This document shows, piece after piece, positions 38,170 through 40,505 of a stretch of DNA of 40,505 bases. Both the position numbers and the translations under genes were made by a program. The DNA comes from Candidatus Kaiserbacteria bacterium RIFCSPHIGHO2_02_FULL_49_16 (GTDB lineage: Bacteria > Patescibacteriota > Minisyncoccia > Phycocordibacterales > UBA2100): assembly GCA_001781465.1 (NCBI GenBank), contig MFLD01000031.1, forward strand, positions 1 to 40,505. Direction: 5' to 3'. Each line of letters opens with the position of its first letter. Positions within the stretch are counted from its first letter, which is position 1. The notes beneath the pieces were generated by a model. That model was not told where the DNA came from. It made no database searches and was given only the letters and a program-made list of their open reading frames with translations.

Positions 38170-39551
38170 CAGGCCAAACACTGTATGAAAAGATATGGGA
38201 TGCGCATGTAGTGCGCGAGGCCGCGGGTGAACCTACTATATTGTATATAGACCTGCACTTGATTCACGAGGTGACTACCCCGCAGGCGTTCACCGGATTG
38301 CGTAACCGCAAGTTGCCCGTTCGCCGGACAGACCTCACCATCGCGACCATGGACCACTCGGTGCCATCCGCCAATCGAAAGAAACTTCCGTGGCCCGATG
38401 TGATGGCGCAAAAACAAGTTGAGATGCTGGATGCCAACTGCAAAAAGCACGGCATCACTCTTTACGACCTTGGAAGCAAGCACCAGGGCATAGTGCATAT
38501 CATCGGACCAGAGCTTGGGCTCACTCAACCTGGCAAAACAATCGTGTGCGGAGACAGCCACACTTCCACTCACGGCGCGTTCGGAGCGCTGGCTTTCGGA
38601 ATTGGAACTTCGGAAGTGGAGCATGTTTTCGCCACGCAGTGCCTGCTTCAGAACAAAACAAAAACCATGGCAATTACAGTAAATGGCACTTTGCCGAAAG
38701 GAGTTTTCTCAAAAGACATAATCTTGAGAATCATAAATGAGATAGGAATAGGCGGAGGAACCGGCTACACATTTGAGTATCGCGGAAGCGCGATTCGCGC
38801 TTTGAGCATGGAGGCGCGCATGACCATCTGCAATATGTCTATTGAGGCGGGAGCGCGCGCGGGGATGGTTGCTCCAGACCAAACTACAGTTGACTACCTA
38901 GAGAAACGGGTAAAATTCGCAAGTGCCGAAGAAAGAGAGCGCGTGAAAGCATCGTGGCTGAAATGGAAATCGGACGAAGGCGCGATGTTCGATAAAGAAG
39001 TAATTATTGATGCGGATACAATCGAACCAATGGTTACTTGGGGAACAAATCCGGGAATGTCCGTAGGAATAACTCAAAAAATCCCAAAGGCCGAGAGCGA
39101 GGATGTAAAGAAAGCCCTCGAATATATGGGCTTGCAAGGAGGACAGAAGATGGCCGGCCAGCCGATACAATTCGTATTCATCGGGAGTTGCACGAATTCC
39201 CGTATCGAAGACTTGCGTATCGCTTCCAAAATAATGAATGGTAAGAAAATCGCCAAAGGCGTTACCGCTTATGTAGTGCCGGGTTCTCAAGAAGTGAAAA
39301 GCGAAGCGGAATCCGAAGGGTTGGACAAAGTGTTTTTGTCCGCGGGTTGCGAGTGGCGAGAGCCAGGGTGCAGTATGTGCATCGGAATGAATGGCGACTT
39401 GGTGCCATCGGGAAAATATTGCGCGTCTACCTCAAACAGAAATTTCATCGGCCGGCAAGGGCGAGGCGCGCGCACGCTTCTTATGTCCCCCGCGATGGCG
39501 GCAGTCGCGGCCATTGAAGGAACCGTCGGCGACGCGCGAAAATTCGTATGA
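38100..39551 (+). CDS. leuC: 3-isopropylmalate dehydratase large subunit
   Basis: TLYEKIWDAHVV..., DLHLIHEVTTPQAF, GDSHTSTHGAFGALAFGIGTSE and CSMCIGMNGD. The present ATG (38100) and the first 23 codons lie inside element E4. Confidence 0.93.
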   Translation: MNSKPKQHNRAKKPASARPISNGAGQTLYEKIWDAHVVREAAGEPTILYIDLHLIHEVTTPQAFTGLRNRKLPVRRTDLTIATMDHSVPSANRKKLPWPDVMAQKQVEMLDANCKKHGITLYDLGSKHQGIVHIIGPELGLTQPGKTIVCGDSHTSTHGAFGALAFGIGTSEVEHVFATQCLLQNKTKTMAITVNGTLPKGVFSKDIILRIINEIGIGGGTGYTFEYRGSAIRALSMEARMTICNMSIEAGARAGMVAPDQTTVDYLEKRVKFASAEERERVKASWLKWKSDEGAMFDKEVIIDADTIEPMVTWGTNPGMSVGITQKIPKAESEDVKKALEYMGLQGGQKMAGQPIQFVFIGSCTNSRIEDLRIASKIMNGKKIAKGVTAYVVPGSQEVKSEAESEGLDKVFLSAGCEWREPGCSMCIGMNGDLVPSGKYCASTSNRNFIGRQGRGARTLLMSPAMAAVAAIEGTVGDARKFV

Positions 39552-39694
39552 CCCGGTAGTGCAATGTGCCTTAGGCTTAAACAAATTATGAAAATAAATC
39601 ACGAACACATCAAAATCAAATCTATCGAAAGTTTACCATTCACGCCGCGCCAAACGCCGTGCATTTGGCGCAAAGGCACATTCTACTAACCGGG
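39552..39694. mobile_element. Copy E6 (divergent): 143-bp inverted-repeat-bounded insert filling the leuC-leuD spacer
   Basis: Arms CCCGGTAGTGCAATGTGCCTT (39552-39572) and AAGGCACATTCTACTAACCGGG (39673-39694) match 19/21 with a 1-nt gap. An inner stem GCGCCAAA/TTTGGCGC is present. The arm tip CCCGGTTAG resembles CCCCGTTAG. Confidence 0.55.
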
Positions 39695-39695
39695 T

Positions 39696-40304
39696 ATGAA
39701 AATCACTCAATTCAAAAACTTAAGCTCGTCTTTAATGCCCTTGCACAGGGATGATGTTGATACCGACCAAATTATTCCCGCCCGCTTCTTGACAGCCACA
39801 GACAAAAAGGGATTCGGCGAACATTTGTTTATGGACTTGCGATTTGAGGAAGATGGAGTCACTCCAAAACCAGATTTCGTTCTGAACCAGAAGCAATACA
39901 AAAACGCGAAAATCCTGCTTGCTCACGAAAATTTCGGCTGCGGTTCTTCCCGCGAACACGCCCCGTGGGCGCTTTTGGGCTATGGCTTTAATGCGGTTAT
40001 CGCAATTTCTTTCGCCGACATTTTCAGGAACAACTCTGCAAAAAATGGATTGCTCGTCGTAGAATTGCCGCGCGATGTGATAGACATGATGCACGCCGAT
40101 GTGCTCAAAGACCCGAAAGAAAAAGCTACGATTAATTTGGAGCAACAAACGAGCATATGGAAAGGAAAAGCGTATAATTTTCCGATAAATCCGTTTGTTA
40201 AAAAGTGCATGCTGGAAGGGCTTGATGACATCGGCTACACGATGAGTTTTGCCGACCAAATCAGCGTGTATGAAAAACGACGAGATAGTGTTAACGCCAC
40301 ATAA
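39696..40304 (+). CDS. leuD: 3-isopropylmalate dehydratase small subunit
   Basis: 202 aa with [14 protein letters not shown] and [16 protein letters not shown]. Confidence 0.93.
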   Translation: MKITQFKNLSSSLMPLHRDDVDTDQIIPARFLTATDKKGFGEHLFMDLRFEEDGVTPKPDFVLNQKQYKNAKILLAHENFGCGSSREHAPWALLGYGFNAVIAISFADIFRNNSAKNGLLVVELPRDVIDMMHADVLKDPKEKATINLEQQTSIWKGKAYNFPINPFVKKCMLEGLDDIGYTMSFADQISVYEKRRDSVNAT

Positions 40305-40305
40305 T

Positions 40306-40505
40306 ATGAAAAACTCTGCAAAAAAATACAGGCCGTTTCCGCCAGTCGGATTAAAGAGCCGAACCTGGCCGGATAAGACGATTACGAAAGCGCCTAAATG
40401 GTGCAGTGTCGATTTGCGCGACGGCAATCAGGCGCTTGTTACTCCAATGAATTTGGAGCAAAAGTTGAAAATGTTCCAGTTGCTCATCGATGTCGGATTC
40501 AAGGA
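40306..40505 (+). CDS. leuA: 2-isopropylmalate synthase, N-terminal fragment (runs off the window)
   Basis: The ATG at 40306 is 1 nt after the leuD stop. [66 protein letters not shown] is the long-type LeuA N-terminus ([13 protein letters not shown]). It is absent from the ORF track because there is no stop codon in the window. Confidence 0.85.
   Translation, partial: MKNSAKKYRPFPPVGLKSRTWPDKTITKAPKWCSVDLRDGNQALVTPMNLEQKLKMFQLLIDVGFK

Noticed and set aside
38088-40427. 178-aa and 231-aa minus-strand ORFs antisense to leuC and leuD
   Set aside because: leuC and leuD motifs are unambiguous on the + strand.

Overview
The window reads like a small-genome, Patescibacteria/CPR-like (Parcubacteria-type) chromosome segment. 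This placement is an inference from short housekeeping genes, many orphan secreted or membrane proteins, PEGA/DUF1573/CARDB-type proteins and a 23S rRNA with no adjacent 16S.

Core genes:
- 23S rRNA 5' end, rplJ-rplL, trmD, a KH-domain protein and gyrB.
- One long minus-strand operon: GT2 - PEGA - pheS - orphan ORF - pheT.
- tRNA-Thr(UGU), rpsB-tsf, ndk and leuC-leuD-leuA.

Accessory content:
1. 17.2-25.8 kb: a co-directional copper/thiol-redox island. It runs from a CsoR-type operator/promoter through a SHOCT protein, csoR, copA and two unannotated small Cys-rich ORFs. It continues with DUF1573, a CcdA-like protein, a CxxC membrane protein, a Cys/His-rich exported protein, DUF302, a DUF2933-like peptide, an HMA-DsbD_2 protein and a cupredoxin-like protein.
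2. 27.8-29.8 kb: a secreted protein with nine 4-Cys repeats.
3. 32.4-37.8 kb: an island bounded by two identical 25-nt palindromes. It holds three type II TA pairs, two unrelated orphan ORFs behind a shared 106-nt leader, ndk and a GC-rich orphan solute-binding protein.

Most interesting signals:
- A family of roughly 100-130 bp elements with CCCC(G/A)TTAGA(A/G) inverted-repeat arms sits at or inside gene 5' ends (leuC, a ccdA-like gene, rpsB, probably leuD) and carries its own in-frame ATG. One copy has a 6-bp target-site duplication. Deleting another in silico restores an intact LeuC N-terminus.
- Perfect hairpins lie in frame inside pheS, gyrB and copA.
- Five genes have a -10 box exactly 6 nt upstream of the ATG, which suggests leaderless transcripts.
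- A Leu-rich leader peptide with a terminator hairpin precedes leuC.
- Short degenerate tandem 'word' repeats are common in intergenic DNA.

No CRISPR array, transposase or integrase was seen. All homology calls come from reading motifs by eye, not from searches.
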